Origin: a virus
Length of the DNA: 64,000 nucleotides
Direction: 5' to 3' (one strand)
Virus record (IMG/VR): IMGVR_UViG_3300010885_039212
Coordinates: 31,734 to 95,733 of that record
The notes beneath the pieces are model-generated. The model made no database searches, was not told the origin of the DNA, and was given only the letters and a program-made list of their open reading frames with translations. Both the position numbers and the translations under genes were made by a program. Of the stretch, positions 8,502 to 16,909 are shown in pieces (the stretch's first letter is position 1; every line of letters begins with the position of its first letter).

Positions 8502-9004
8502 TTCTTGATTTATATTTGGATATGGATGGCGTGTTGTGTAATTTTGACAAAGCATATCGCAAAATTACAGATATACGTGTAAAAGACCATAAACAATTTC
8601 GTGACGCAGTTATGAATTATAAAATTTTTGAAGATTTGGAATTTATGCCAGATGCTCAAGAACTTCTTAATCATGTTACTAAGATAGATGGTGTTAATAT
8701 TCAAATTTTAACATCTATGGGAACATATGATAAACCACAGGCAAATGAAGCAATGCGTCAAAAACAAAAGTGGTTAGATAAACACAATATTCCATATCCT
8801 GCAAATTTCGTTCATTCCAAAGAAGAGAAGTCGATGTATGCTTCGTCAATTTCTATTTTGATTGATGATTCAGTTGGATGTATTAAACCATTTGAGTATG
8901 AAGGTGGATATGGTATACTACACACATCTGCAAAAGAATCTATAAAACACTTGGAATATGTTATGACTCAAATTAGAGCAATGCATGCTGTGAGGTTCGT
9001 GTGA
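8498..9004 (+). CDS. HAD-family 5'(3')-deoxyribonucleotidase-like protein
   Basis: LDMDGVL, ILTS, ILIDD motifs. Confidence 0.88.
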   Translation: MILDLYLDMDGVLCNFDKAYRKITDIRVKDHKQFRDAVMNYKIFEDLEFMPDAQELLNHVTKIDGVNIQILTSMGTYDKPQANEAMRQKQKWLDKHNIPYPANFVHSKEEKSMYASSISILIDDSVGCIKPFEYEGGYGILHTSAKESIKHLEYVMTQIRAMHAVRFV

Positions 9005-9288
9005 ACGAACTATTAAAACCGACATTTGACTGGATTCATGATGACTATAGTAGTAATCGTTTTCGTTTTATTCTTGAGTTGTTGGCTTGGATTATTAGTA
9101 TCGGTTGCTCTCTTACTATGGCAATTACAGTCCCCAGTCCTCCACTGCTTGCTCTCTATCCTGTTTGGATTACTGGGTGCGTTATCTATAGTTGGTGCGC
9201 TTATAGTAGGAAATCGTTTGGCATGTTGGCTAACTATGTACTGCTGACAACTATTGATACTGTTGGACTTATAAGGATGCTTATGTAA
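9001..9288 (+). CDS. three-TM membrane protein
   Basis: Hydrophobic helices; GTGA overlap. Confidence 0.75.
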   Translation: MNELLKPTFDWIHDDYSSNRFRFILELLAWIISIGCSLTMAITVPSPPLLALYPVWITGCVIYSWCAYSRKSFGMLANYVLLTTIDTVGLIRMLM

Positions 9289-9437
9289 TGTGGCGACTAT
9301 GGGCTAAAGCACTTGGCGAAAAAACTGGTAGTAGCGATTGTGAATCCGATCAGATCGCTATTATCCGCACTATTATTGTTTTATCTTATATTATTACAAA
9401 TTTTTTTATTATTGCTGGCGTAATCCGCCATTGGTGA
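9288..9437 (+). CDS. 49-aa conserved phage membrane protein
   Basis: MWRLWAKALGEK...IAIIRT...NFFIIAGVIRHW; not in ORF track. Confidence 0.8.
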   Translation: MWRLWAKALGEKTGSSDCESDQIAIIRTIIVLSYIITNFFIIAGVIRHW

Positions 9438-9441
9438 ACTT

Positions 9442-10464
9442 ATGAATATTTCTAAAATTGGTTTTGCTTGTAAATGGATTGATAATGCTAATCAAGTTGA
9501 TGGCATCAGTCCAAAAGACGATGCTCGTAAATACAGCACAGGTACTACTACTATTGCTTGGCTTGCTCGTCAAAGCGTAGAAGATGCTGAACAAAAAATT
9601 TATGACATTGTTAAACAAAATCTTCAAAATACACTTAACCTTGTAATTAAAATATCGACCTTACCAGTTGGTTTACGCATGGTTCGTCTCAGTAGTGAAA
9701 TCTTACCAGTGTATACTCACAAGGACTGGTCTTATTTTTACAAACGTGCAGATGTTATTAAATTAATGGAATACTGTTTTAACAAAATTGGTGAAGTTGC
9801 CAGAACTTCTGGTGTTCGCCTTTCTTTTCATCCAGGACAGTTTACTGTTCTTGCTTCAGAAAATCCAGGTATTGTTAATAACTCTATCAATGAATTTGAA
9901 TACCATACCGACATGGCACGAATGATGGGTTATGGTAAAACATTTCAAGACTTTAAAATCAACGTGCATATCTCAGGTAAACTTGGACCAGAAGGTATTC
10001 GTGCTGCGTATAAAAGATTATCACTAGAAGCACGTAATTGTATCACTATTGAAAATGAAGAAAACGCATGGGGTCTTGATGATTCGCTAGAACTTGCTGA
10101 TCTGTTACCAATTGTTCTTGACATACATCATCACTGGTGTCGTGAAGGTATATGGTTAGATCCAAATAGCGATCAAGTCAAACGTGTTATTGATTCTTGG
10201 CGTGGAGTTCGTCCAACAATGCACTACTCGCAATCACGTGAAGATTATCTTATTGATCATCCAACTAATATCCAACCAGATATGAATTTATTAAAAGACG
10301 CAGGATATAAAAAATCTAAACTGCGTGCACATTCAGACTTTTATTGGAATACTGCATCAAATGATTGGGTTCTTGGGTATTTACCAACTCACGATATTAT
10401 GTGCGAAAGTAAAGCAAAAAATCTTGCTAGTTTTGCTCTTTATGAGAAATCTCTTGCTGTATGA
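9442..10464 (+). CDS. uvsE: UV damage endonuclease
   Basis: IGFACK, RLSS, RLSFHPGQF, INVH, IEN, LDIHHH, HYSQ, AHSD, MCESKAK. Confidence 0.93.
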   Translation: MNISKIGFACKWIDNANQVDGISPKDDARKYSTGTTTIAWLARQSVEDAEQKIYDIVKQNLQNTLNLVIKISTLPVGLRMVRLSSEILPVYTHKDWSYFYKRADVIKLMEYCFNKIGEVARTSGVRLSFHPGQFTVLASENPGIVNNSINEFEYHTDMARMMGYGKTFQDFKINVHISGKLGPEGIRAAYKRLSLEARNCITIENEENAWGLDDSLELADLLPIVLDIHHHWCREGIWLDPNSDQVKRVIDSWRGVRPTMHYSQSREDYLIDHPTNIQPDMNLLKDAGYKKSKLRAHSDFYWNTASNDWVLGYLPTHDIMCESKAKNLASFALYEKSLAV

Positions 10465-11009
10465 AAATAGTTTCATACTATACTGCATTGTATCAATTTG
10501 AAGCATCAAACCTTAGAGAATCTCTTAAGAAATTTCCAGATATACATTATGATATTGACGAACGATCAGAAAGTGGTAGTTGGGAACTAAACACACACTA
10601 TAAAGCAGTTTATATTAAAGAGAAATTAATCGAACCAGTTATTTGGACTGATGCCGATTCAGTTTTAAAACAGTATCCCACGTTAATTGAAACGATAGAT
10701 TGTGATTTTGCTGCTCATTGGTTTAAAGATAAAGAACTTATATCAGCAACAATGTATTGGAATAATACACCTAAAGCCCATGAGTTATTGGATAAGTGGA
10801 TAGAATTAAATAAACTAAATTCAAAACTATGGGATCAGGTAAATTTACAAAATGCTTTAACTGAAATTGAAGATATTAAAGTAATTAAGTTACCGCCAGA
10901 GTATAATTTTATATTTGATTTAAGTCGAGAATATTATGGTAATTTGAACCCTGTATTTGAGCACTATCAAGCAAGTCGAAAATATAAAAATCGACTAAAT
11001 AGAACGTAA
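10461..11009 (+). CDS. GT-A nucleotide-diphospho-sugar transferase
   Basis: WTDADS (DxD), WDQVNLQ, LPPEYN, HYQASR. Confidence 0.75.
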   Translation: MKIVSYYTALYQFEASNLRESLKKFPDIHYDIDERSESGSWELNTHYKAVYIKEKLIEPVIWTDADSVLKQYPTLIETIDCDFAAHWFKDKELISATMYWNNTPKAHELLDKWIELNKLNSKLWDQVNLQNALTEIEDIKVIKLPPEYNFIFDLSREYYGNLNPVFEHYQASRKYKNRLNRT

Positions 11010-11018
11010 GGAGTTATT

Positions 11019-11267
11019 ATGCCAACGTATGTATTTCGAGACAAAGAAACTGGTGAGCAATTTGAACAGATTATGAAGATGTCTGAACTTGACTTGTTCA
11101 GAGAACAAAATCCCCACCTAGAAACAATAATTCAAGCAGTAGCGTTTGGGGATAGTCACAAGTTAAGTGGTAGTCGTAAGTTTGATTCAGGATTCAAGGA
11201 GGTTCTACAAAGAGTACACGAAAAAACACCAGGAAGCCAACTCAATAAGTCGTCATCACAATTATAA
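11019..11267 (+). CDS. FmdB-like small protein lacking Cys
   Basis: MPTYVF...GEQFE, GFKEVLQRV...PGS; upstream of phoH. Confidence 0.7.
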   Translation: MPTYVFRDKETGEQFEQIMKMSELDLFREQNPHLETIIQAVAFGDSHKLSGSRKFDSGFKEVLQRVHEKTPGSQLNKSSSQL

Positions 11268-11276
11268 GGAAACTCA

Positions 11277-12044
11277 ATGGCTCGTACTTTCGCAGCAAAA
11301 AAAGTAGTAGAAATTCATAATGAAGAACGTGAGACAAAGCCAGTTACAAATAATCAATTAAGATTACGTTTAGATAATCTAAAAACTTTCCAACCATTAA
11401 CAGAAAATCAAAAACTATTTTATGATGCGTATAAGCGTGGTGACTATTTTGTAGCACTACATGGTGTGGCAGGAACAGGAAAAACATTTATTGCTTTATA
11501 TAAAGCAATAGAAGAAGTATTAGATAAATCAAATCCCTTTAATAAAATTATTGTAGTTCGTTCTGCAGTTCAATCTAGAGAAATGGGTCATCTTCCAGGT
11601 GATGCTGGTGAGAAGATGGAAATCTATGAACAACCATATCGTCAGATCTGCCATCAATTATTTGAACGTAAAGATGCATGGGATCGTTTAGAAGAACAGG
11701 GTTATATTCAATTTATCTCTACGTCATTTATTCGTGGTATGTCTTTTGATAATGCAATTATTATCGTAGATGAAATGCAAAACTTGACTTATGAAGAGAT
11801 TGACACAGTTATGACTCGTGTTGGTCATATGTCTAAAATTATTTGGTGTGGGGACTATCGTCAGACTGATCTAAATAAACGAAAGAACGACGTTACTGGT
11901 ATTTTAAAATTCTTTGATATCGCCCAACATATGAAGGCATTTACTCGCATTGAATTTACTGTAGATGACATTGTTCGTTCATCATTAGTTAAAGATTATA
12001 TCTTGGCTAAATTAAAGTACGAAGATTACGAGGATAAAAAATGA
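11277..12044 (+). CDS. phoH: PhoH-family ATPase
   Basis: GVAGTGKT, GHLPG, FIRGMSF, IVDEMQN, TRVG, GDYRQTD, DIVRS. Confidence 0.96.
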   Translation: MARTFAAKKVVEIHNEERETKPVTNNQLRLRLDNLKTFQPLTENQKLFYDAYKRGDYFVALHGVAGTGKTFIALYKAIEEVLDKSNPFNKIIVVRSAVQSREMGHLPGDAGEKMEIYEQPYRQICHQLFERKDAWDRLEEQGYIQFISTSFIRGMSFDNAIIIVDEMQNLTYEEIDTVMTRVGHMSKIIWCGDYRQTDLNKRKNDVTGILKFFDIAQHMKAFTRIEFTVDDIVRSSLVKDYILAKLKYEDYEDKK

Positions 12045-12661
12045 TAACATCAGAACAGTTCCATCACTTATTTCCACACAACCCAGATCCTGAACTCTGG
12101 GCACATGCCATGGCAGAAGTATTTCCAACTTATGATATTAACACACCAAGAAGGATTGCTGCATTCCTTGCGCAATGCGGACATGAGTCTGGTGGTTGGG
12201 TAGTATTTGAAGAAAATTTAAATTACTCTGCTCAAGGATTGAATGGTATTTTTAAGAAATACTTTCCAACGATTGAATCTGCACAACCATATGCACGTCA
12301 ACCAGAAAGAATTGCCAATAAGATTTATGCAAATCGTATGGGTAATGGATCAGAAGAATCTGGAGATGGTTTTAAATATCGTGGACGTGGACCAATTCAG
12401 TTAACTGGTAAATCTAACTATACTTCATTTGCAAAAGAAATGTTTGATGACTGGCAGAATGTAGTTGATAATCCTGATTGGGTTACTGAAGATAAAGACT
12501 TTGCTTTAATGTCAGCAATTTGGTTTTGGAATAAAAATAAACTAAATGCTCTTGCTGATGTTGAAGATATAAAGTTAATGACTAAAAAGATTAATGGTGG
12601 TTATATCGGTCTTGATGATCGTATTAAACACTATAACGAAGCAATACAATTACTTGCATAA
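12041..12661 (+). CDS. GH19 endolysin
   Basis: FLAQCGHES, ENLNYS, YRGRGPIQLTG, TKKINGG. Confidence 0.93.
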   Translation: MITSEQFHHLFPHNPDPELWAHAMAEVFPTYDINTPRRIAAFLAQCGHESGGWVVFEENLNYSAQGLNGIFKKYFPTIESAQPYARQPERIANKIYANRMGNGSEESGDGFKYRGRGPIQLTGKSNYTSFAKEMFDDWQNVVDNPDWVTEDKDFALMSAIWFWNKNKLNALADVEDIKLMTKKINGGYIGLDDRIKHYNEAIQLLA

Positions 12662-12674
12662 TTAGGAGAATAAA

Positions 12675-12791
12675 ATGTTAGACATTCTATTTTGGGTAGC
12701 ATTTGGCGCATTTGTTGGTTGGAATTTTCCACAGCCTTTCTGGGCTAAAATTATACAAGAAAAAATTCAAACAATGATCGCTAAAAAATAA
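12675..12791 (+). CDS. 38-aa single-TM protein
   Basis: SD AGGAG; MLDILFWVAFGAFVGWNFPQPFWAK; not in ORF track. Confidence 0.75.
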   Translation: MLDILFWVAFGAFVGWNFPQPFWAKIIQEKIQTMIAKK

Positions 12792-13165
12792 TGGCTTACT
12801 CCGATAAGGTAATCGATCACTACGAGAACCCAAGAAATGTTGGTTCTTTAGATAAAGACGATCCATCAGTTGGCACTGGTATGGTTGGTGCACCTGCTTG
12901 CGGTGACGTAATGAAACTACAAATAAAGGTAGATGAAAATGGTATTATTAGAGATGCTCGTTTCAAGACATATGGATGCGGTTCAGCAATCGCCAGTTCG
13001 TCGTTGGTTACAGAATGGGTTAAAGGGATGCATATTGATGCTGCTGCTAATCTACGCAACTCTCAGATTGCCGAAGAACTAGCATTACCTCCAGTTAAGA
13101 TTCACTGCTCCATACTTGCAGAAGATGCGATTAAAGCAGCAGTAGAAGACTATAGAAAAAAATAA
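12791..13165 (+). CDS. iscU: Fe-S cluster scaffold IscU
   Basis: YSDKVIDHYENPRNVG, APACGD, YGCGSA, LPPVKIHCS. Confidence 0.97.
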   Translation: MAYSDKVIDHYENPRNVGSLDKDDPSVGTGMVGAPACGDVMKLQIKVDENGIIRDARFKTYGCGSAIASSSLVTEWVKGMHIDAAANLRNSQIAEELALPPVKIHCSILAEDAIKAAVEDYRKK

Positions 13166-13176
13166 TTAGATAAAAA

Positions 13177-13296
13177 ATGAAAAAACTTATACATTTTTTA
13201 AGACTATCTTATAGGATGTGTTGTATAGCTCGACTTGCAGCATCTTATACGAATTTGGGTCAAGTTAACAAAGCCAGAGCCTTGTACGTAAAATGA
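13177..13296 (+). CDS. 39-aa hypothetical protein
   Basis: Fills gap; ATGA overlap with iscA. Confidence 0.45.
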   Translation: MKKLIHFLRLSYRMCCIARLAASYTNLGQVNKARALYVK

Positions 13297-13622
13297 TAAC
13301 GCTTACCGAAAAAGCCTGTGAAAAAATAAAAACTCAAATTAAAAATCGTGGTACTGGCGATGGGATTAGGCTTGGTGTAAAGACCACAGGATGCAGTGGC
13401 TTAGCATATACAATGGAGTATGTCGATAAATATGAATTTGAAGAAGGTGTAACTAATTACGCTCAAAAAGATTTTGCAGTTCTTGTAGATACAAAGAGTG
13501 ATCCTTATCTAAATGGATTAACCATGGATTGGGTTCGTAATGGACTCAATGAAGGATTTGATTTTCAAAACCCAAACGAACGAGACCGCTGTGGTTGCGG
13601 AGAAAGTTTCAGAGTAAAATAA
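13293..13622 (+). CDS. iscA: A-type Fe-S carrier IscA
   Basis: GVKTTGCSGLAY, GLNEGF, CGCGESF. Confidence 0.93.
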   Translation: MITLTEKACEKIKTQIKNRGTGDGIRLGVKTTGCSGLAYTMEYVDKYEFEEGVTNYAQKDFAVLVDTKSDPYLNGLTMDWVRNGLNEGFDFQNPNERDRCGCGESFRVK

Positions 13623-13635
13623 AAAGGAGATTCTA

Positions 13636-14013
13636 ATGGAATTAGAACAAATGAAGGAGCAGATGAGTGCCAACGCCAGCAAAGGCGCACTGATCGAAAA
13701 AGTAACATTTGCAGTATTGCCAATCATGTTTGCCTGTGTGGTGTATTTGATGAATGCGCTGTCTCATGTTAATCATCAGTTGACCATTCTTGAAAGCAAG
13801 ATGCAGTTGGTGGTGACATCAGACAACAAACAAGCACCAAACATGGGTGCTGAACTGGCTCGTGAAAAACTGCGCCAAGACTTTATGCAACAGAATACAG
13901 AAGCACTATCAAGAAGCGGTGCCAACAAAGCTGTGTTGGACACATTAGTATGGCGTGTGCAAGAGTTGGAAAAGTACAAAGAGAAACAATCTAACAATGG
14001 TGGGAAGAAGTAA
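13636..14013 (+). CDS. single-TM coiled-coil protein
   Basis: SD AAGGAG; TM VTFAVLPIMFACVVYLM. Confidence 0.75.
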   Translation: MELEQMKEQMSANASKGALIEKVTFAVLPIMFACVVYLMNALSHVNHQLTILESKMQLVVTSDNKQAPNMGAELAREKLRQDFMQQNTEALSRSGANKAVLDTLVWRVQELEKYKEKQSNNGGKK

Positions 14014-14016
14014 TAA

Positions 14017-14340
14017 ATGATAACAATAACAGAATCAGCAAAGATAAAAATTCTAGATCTTTTCGCAGAAGAAGGTAATCCTGACTTATGTTTAAGAACA
14101 TTCGTACAAGGTGGTGGATGTAGCGGAATGAGTTATGGATTTACATTTGATGAGATAATGAACGAAGACGATTTTGAAGTACCTCTTGAAAAAACTAAAA
14201 TACTAATAGATTCCATGAGTATGCAATATCTAACAGGAGCAACTGTGGATTATAAAGAAGATATACAAGGCTCACAATTTGTTATAACTAATCCAAATGC
14301 ACAATCAACCTGTGGTTGTGGAAGTAGTTTCTCAGTATAA
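14017..14340 (+). CDS. erpA: A-type Fe-S carrier ErpA
   Basis: [39 protein letters not shown]. Confidence 0.92.
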   Translation: MITITESAKIKILDLFAEEGNPDLCLRTFVQGGGCSGMSYGFTFDEIMNEDDFEVPLEKTKILIDSMSMQYLTGATVDYKEDIQGSQFVITNPNAQSTCGCGSSFSV

Positions 14341-14341
14341 T

Positions 14342-14995
14342 ATGAAGACATTTATACACCATGAATTCGATAAACTCCAACGTGAAACCTCTCCCGATGG
14401 TAAAAGAGTTTACAAAACTCCGTCGGGTCGAGCCTACCCTAGCGTCACAACAGTTACAGGACTCCACTCAGCAAAATCAATCGCACAGTGGAGAGCAAGA
14501 GTCGGAGAAGCAGAAGCCAACAGAATATCAGGTCGCGCAAGTGCACGTGGCACAAGAATCCACAGTCTCTGCGAATCATTCCTCCGCAATGAAAGATGTG
14601 AGCCTGATATCTTCGATCGAGAATTATTTCAGGGAATTTCACCCCACCTTGAAGAAATAGATAATATACATGCGCTTGAAGATCCTCTGTACTCAGATCA
14701 TCTTGAAGTTGCGGGAACTGTTGATTGTATTGCTGAGTTTAGAGGTAAGTTATCTGTAATAGATTTTAAAACTTCAAGTAAAGTAAAAACTCGTGATGAT
14801 ATTCACAATTACTTTATGCAAACATCAGCATATGCAGTTGCCTTTGAAGAACGAACTGGGATTCCTGTTGGTAGACTTGTAGTTATTATGGGAGTTGATA
14901 ATGAGGATCCATTGATATTTGTCGAGAAGAGAGATACTTGGATTGATGGTTTCTGCAAATTGAGAGAAGAATATAAAAATAAATTTGCTTTATAA
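14342..14995 (+). CDS. Cas4-like PD-(D/E)XK exonuclease (phage type)
   Basis: YPSVTTV, RGTRIH, AGTVDC, IDFKT, QTSAYA. Confidence 0.88.
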   Translation: MKTFIHHEFDKLQRETSPDGKRVYKTPSGRAYPSVTTVTGLHSAKSIAQWRARVGEAEANRISGRASARGTRIHSLCESFLRNERCEPDIFDRELFQGISPHLEEIDNIHALEDPLYSDHLEVAGTVDCIAEFRGKLSVIDFKTSSKVKTRDDIHNYFMQTSAYAVAFEERTGIPVGRLVVIMGVDNEDPLIFVEKRDTWIDGFCKLREEYKNKFAL

Positions 14996-15013
14996 CTAAA
15001 TATAAGGTATAAT
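14985..15013 (+). promoter_or_regulatory. tmRNA promoter
   Basis: TTGCTT-17 nt-TATAAT, with an embedded late-type TAAATA. Confidence 0.7.
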
Positions 15014-15018
15014 GAAGG

Positions 15019-15300
15019 TATTGCTGTATGAAGTGATGTAAAACGTGTTCTGGACGGGAGTTCGATTCTCCCCACCTCCACCAAAACGGCACTACACCCC
15101 TCTTAACAATGGGCAACCTTGTAGTGCGTTTTTGATGGGGGTGACTAGGTTTCGACAGGGCAATTAGTAACTGCGTGGACAGCACATCAGAGTAGATGTT
15201 AAAACTAAACAAAGTAAACGCAAACGACTCACAGTTCGCATTGGCAGCCTAAACGCTGACTAGGGTTTCGGTAGGTTTCCTCGTAACAGAATAACCTACC
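15019..15300 (+). ncRNA. ssrA: circularly permuted (two-piece) tmRNA
   Basis: T-arm GGGAG-TTCGATT-CTCCC plus CACCTCC-A-CCA (ends 15083) lies upstream of GGGGGTGACTAGGTTTCGAC (starts 15137); G3:U70 pair; tag frame 15220-15252 reads ANDSQFALAA*; ends are approximate. Confidence 0.95.
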
Positions 15301-15325
15301 ATTTTTTAAATAAAGGAATATAATC

Positions 15326-15829
15326 TTGTTGGGTATTATATTAGGTAATGGACCAAGTAAACAGTTTTACGATAGAAGCGGAGACTGTGTAATTGGTTGT
15401 AATATCCCAAGCAAGGAATTTAGTGTTGACGCAACTGTAATATGTGATGTGGAGATTGTTTATCTTTTAGCGACATCTCCAGAATTAGTTCAATGTCCAG
15501 TTATTGTCAGCACTAAAGCATGGGAAAAAATGAAAGAGTTACGTATCGATCATTATTTTGATATTCGATACGTGTTTCAACCTAAAGACTGGTATAATAC
15601 TGCACATTATGCTGCAGAGTTTTTGCTCGAGCATGGAGACTTCAATACAATACATATATGGGGATGCGATTCTATATTCAGTGATACTACAGAATCTTCT
15701 ACTGATAAGTTTGTAAAAAAAGAAAACACTAAAGACCAAAAATTTATTAAAAATTGGCGTAGAGTGTGGGATGAGATTTTTAACCGATACCCAAATATCG
15801 ACTTTAACACGATGAGGATAGAAAAATGA
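15326..15829 (+). CDS. Maf/DUF115/sialyltransferase-like fold protein
   Basis: ILGNGPS, IGCN, VICD, IHIWGCD motifs; TTG start. Confidence 0.55.
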   Translation: MLGIILGNGPSKQFYDRSGDCVIGCNIPSKEFSVDATVICDVEIVYLLATSPELVQCPVIVSTKAWEKMKELRIDHYFDIRYVFQPKDWYNTAHYAAEFLLEHGDFNTIHIWGCDSIFSDTTESSTDKFVKKENTKDQKFIKNWRRVWDEIFNRYPNIDFNTMRIEK

Positions 15830-16005
15830 AATCATTAATAATTTTTGCTATGAGTTTAGTTCTTTTAACGTCTAATGCAATCGCAGCAGATAAGAAAGAT
15901 ACCAAGAAAGAAAAATGCGTTCCTTCTAAAGAAGTTGTTTGTAAGGATTCACTAAAAGGTAAAGAGCGTCCTACACCAAAGAAGAAAACAGAAGAAGCTA
16001 AATAA
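15826..16005 (+). CDS. 59-aa secreted Lys-rich protein
   Basis: Signal peptide MKSLIIFAMSLVLLTSNAIA, two Cys; not in ORF track. Confidence 0.7.
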   Translation: MKSLIIFAMSLVLLTSNAIAADKKDTKKEKCVPSKEVVCKDSLKGKERPTPKKKTEEAK

Positions 16006-16008
16006 TAG

Positions 16009-16036
16009 AGGGTTGGTGAACCCTACAAAATCACTA
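16009..16036 (+). promoter_or_regulatory. predicted H-type pseudoknot in 5' leader, after late promoter TAAATA (15999-16004)
   Basis: S1 AGGGT/ACCCT, S2 (T)GGTGA/TCACT(A), loop ACAAAA. Confidence 0.55.
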
Positions 16037-16066
16037 TTTTACACAACACACAAAAAGGAGTAAATT

Positions 16067-16342
16067 ATGTCAAACTTGACACCATTCGAGATTCGCCTAG
16101 AATTATTAAAAATGGCGAAAGACATGCTTAACGATGATTATTACGGTAAGCGTGAACAAATTAGCAACGACTGGTCTACAAAAGTCGAATCTGCTAAAAT
16201 CAATGGAGGCACGATCCCAGATCATCCTGGATTCCCTGCTATCCCATCCGAACTCGATATCATTGCAAAGGCGCAAGTCTTAAATGGTTTCGTTTCAAAC
16301 GTCCCCTCTACAATAGAAAAGACTAGCAAAAAGTCCACCTAA
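16067..16342 (+). CDS. conserved phage hypothetical protein (EIRLELLKMA family)
   Basis: Strong SD AAGGAG; motif EIRLELLKMA...IIAKAQVLNGFVS. Confidence 0.85.
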   Translation: MSNLTPFEIRLELLKMAKDMLNDDYYGKREQISNDWSTKVESAKINGGTIPDHPGFPAIPSELDIIAKAQVLNGFVSNVPSTIEKTSKKST

Positions 16343-16350
16343 CGGGATCG

Positions 16351-16381
16351 GAAGGTGTGTGTGCGAACACACACCTTCTTT
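16351..16381 (+). terminator. 12-bp hairpin with GCGA tetraloop (terminator or stabiliser)
   Basis: GAAGGTGTGTGT-GCGA-ACACACACCTTC-TTT. Confidence 0.7.
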
Positions 16382-16396
16382 AACTAAAGGAGAAAC

Positions 16397-16909
16397 ATGC
16401 GAGTATATTTAAATACTTTTTTGATTATCATTGCGATGGTATGTATTACTATCTTCGTCACAACGAAACCACAAGAAACAAAATTGTTTAATGTCAAATA
16501 CAAAGAATTAACAGCTGAAGCAAGAAAACAAGTAGATTGCTTGGCAGACAACATTTATTATGAAGCAGGTTATGAACCAGATGATGGTAAACTTGCAGTT
16601 GCCCTTGTAACAATTAATAGAACGCAAGATCCAAGATTCCCAAAAGATATTTGCTCTGTAGTAAAACAAAAGGTAAACTTACTGTGTCAGTTCTCTTGGT
16701 TTTGTGAAGGTATAAAAACCAAGAAACATGATGTTTATGCGAAATCAAAAGAGATCGCAATATTCACTTATGTTAATTATGAGATGCTTGACGATATAAC
16801 AAATGGAGCGTTATATTTCCATGCGGATTATATTAACCCAAATTGGAAACTGAAGAAGACCAAAGTTATTGGTCGACATATATTTTATAAAGAAGGAAGA
16901 AACATCTAA
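16397..16909 (+). CDS. SleB-family cell wall hydrolase
   Basis: CLADNIYYEAG, AVALVTINR, ICSVV, CQFSW, GALYFHADY, IGRHIFY; N-terminal TM. Confidence 0.93.
   Translation: MRVYLNTFLIIIAMVCITIFVTTKPQETKLFNVKYKELTAEARKQVDCLADNIYYEAGYEPDDGKLAVALVTINRTQDPRFPKDICSVVKQKVNLLCQFSWFCEGIKTKKHDVYAKSKEIAIFTYVNYEMLDDITNGALYFHADYINPNWKLKKTKVIGRHIFYKEGRNI

Noticed and set aside
14984-14992. MotA-box middle promoter
   Set aside because: TTTGCTTTA resembles the MotA box, but spacing fits an ordinary -35/17/-10 promoter and it is a single instance
14342-14995. CRISPR-Cas locus
   Set aside because: Solo phage Cas4-like nuclease without the four-Cys pattern; no repeat-spacer array or other cas genes seen
15053-15083. 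Stand-alone tRNA gene
   Set aside because: No upstream acceptor 5' strand or anticodon arm; the partner strand is downstream, which fits a permuted tmRNA
16007-16040. preQ1-I riboswitch
   Set aside because: Similar size and A-rich tail, but the loop does not match the remembered consensus and the downstream gene is not queuosine-related; kept as an unnamed pseudoknot
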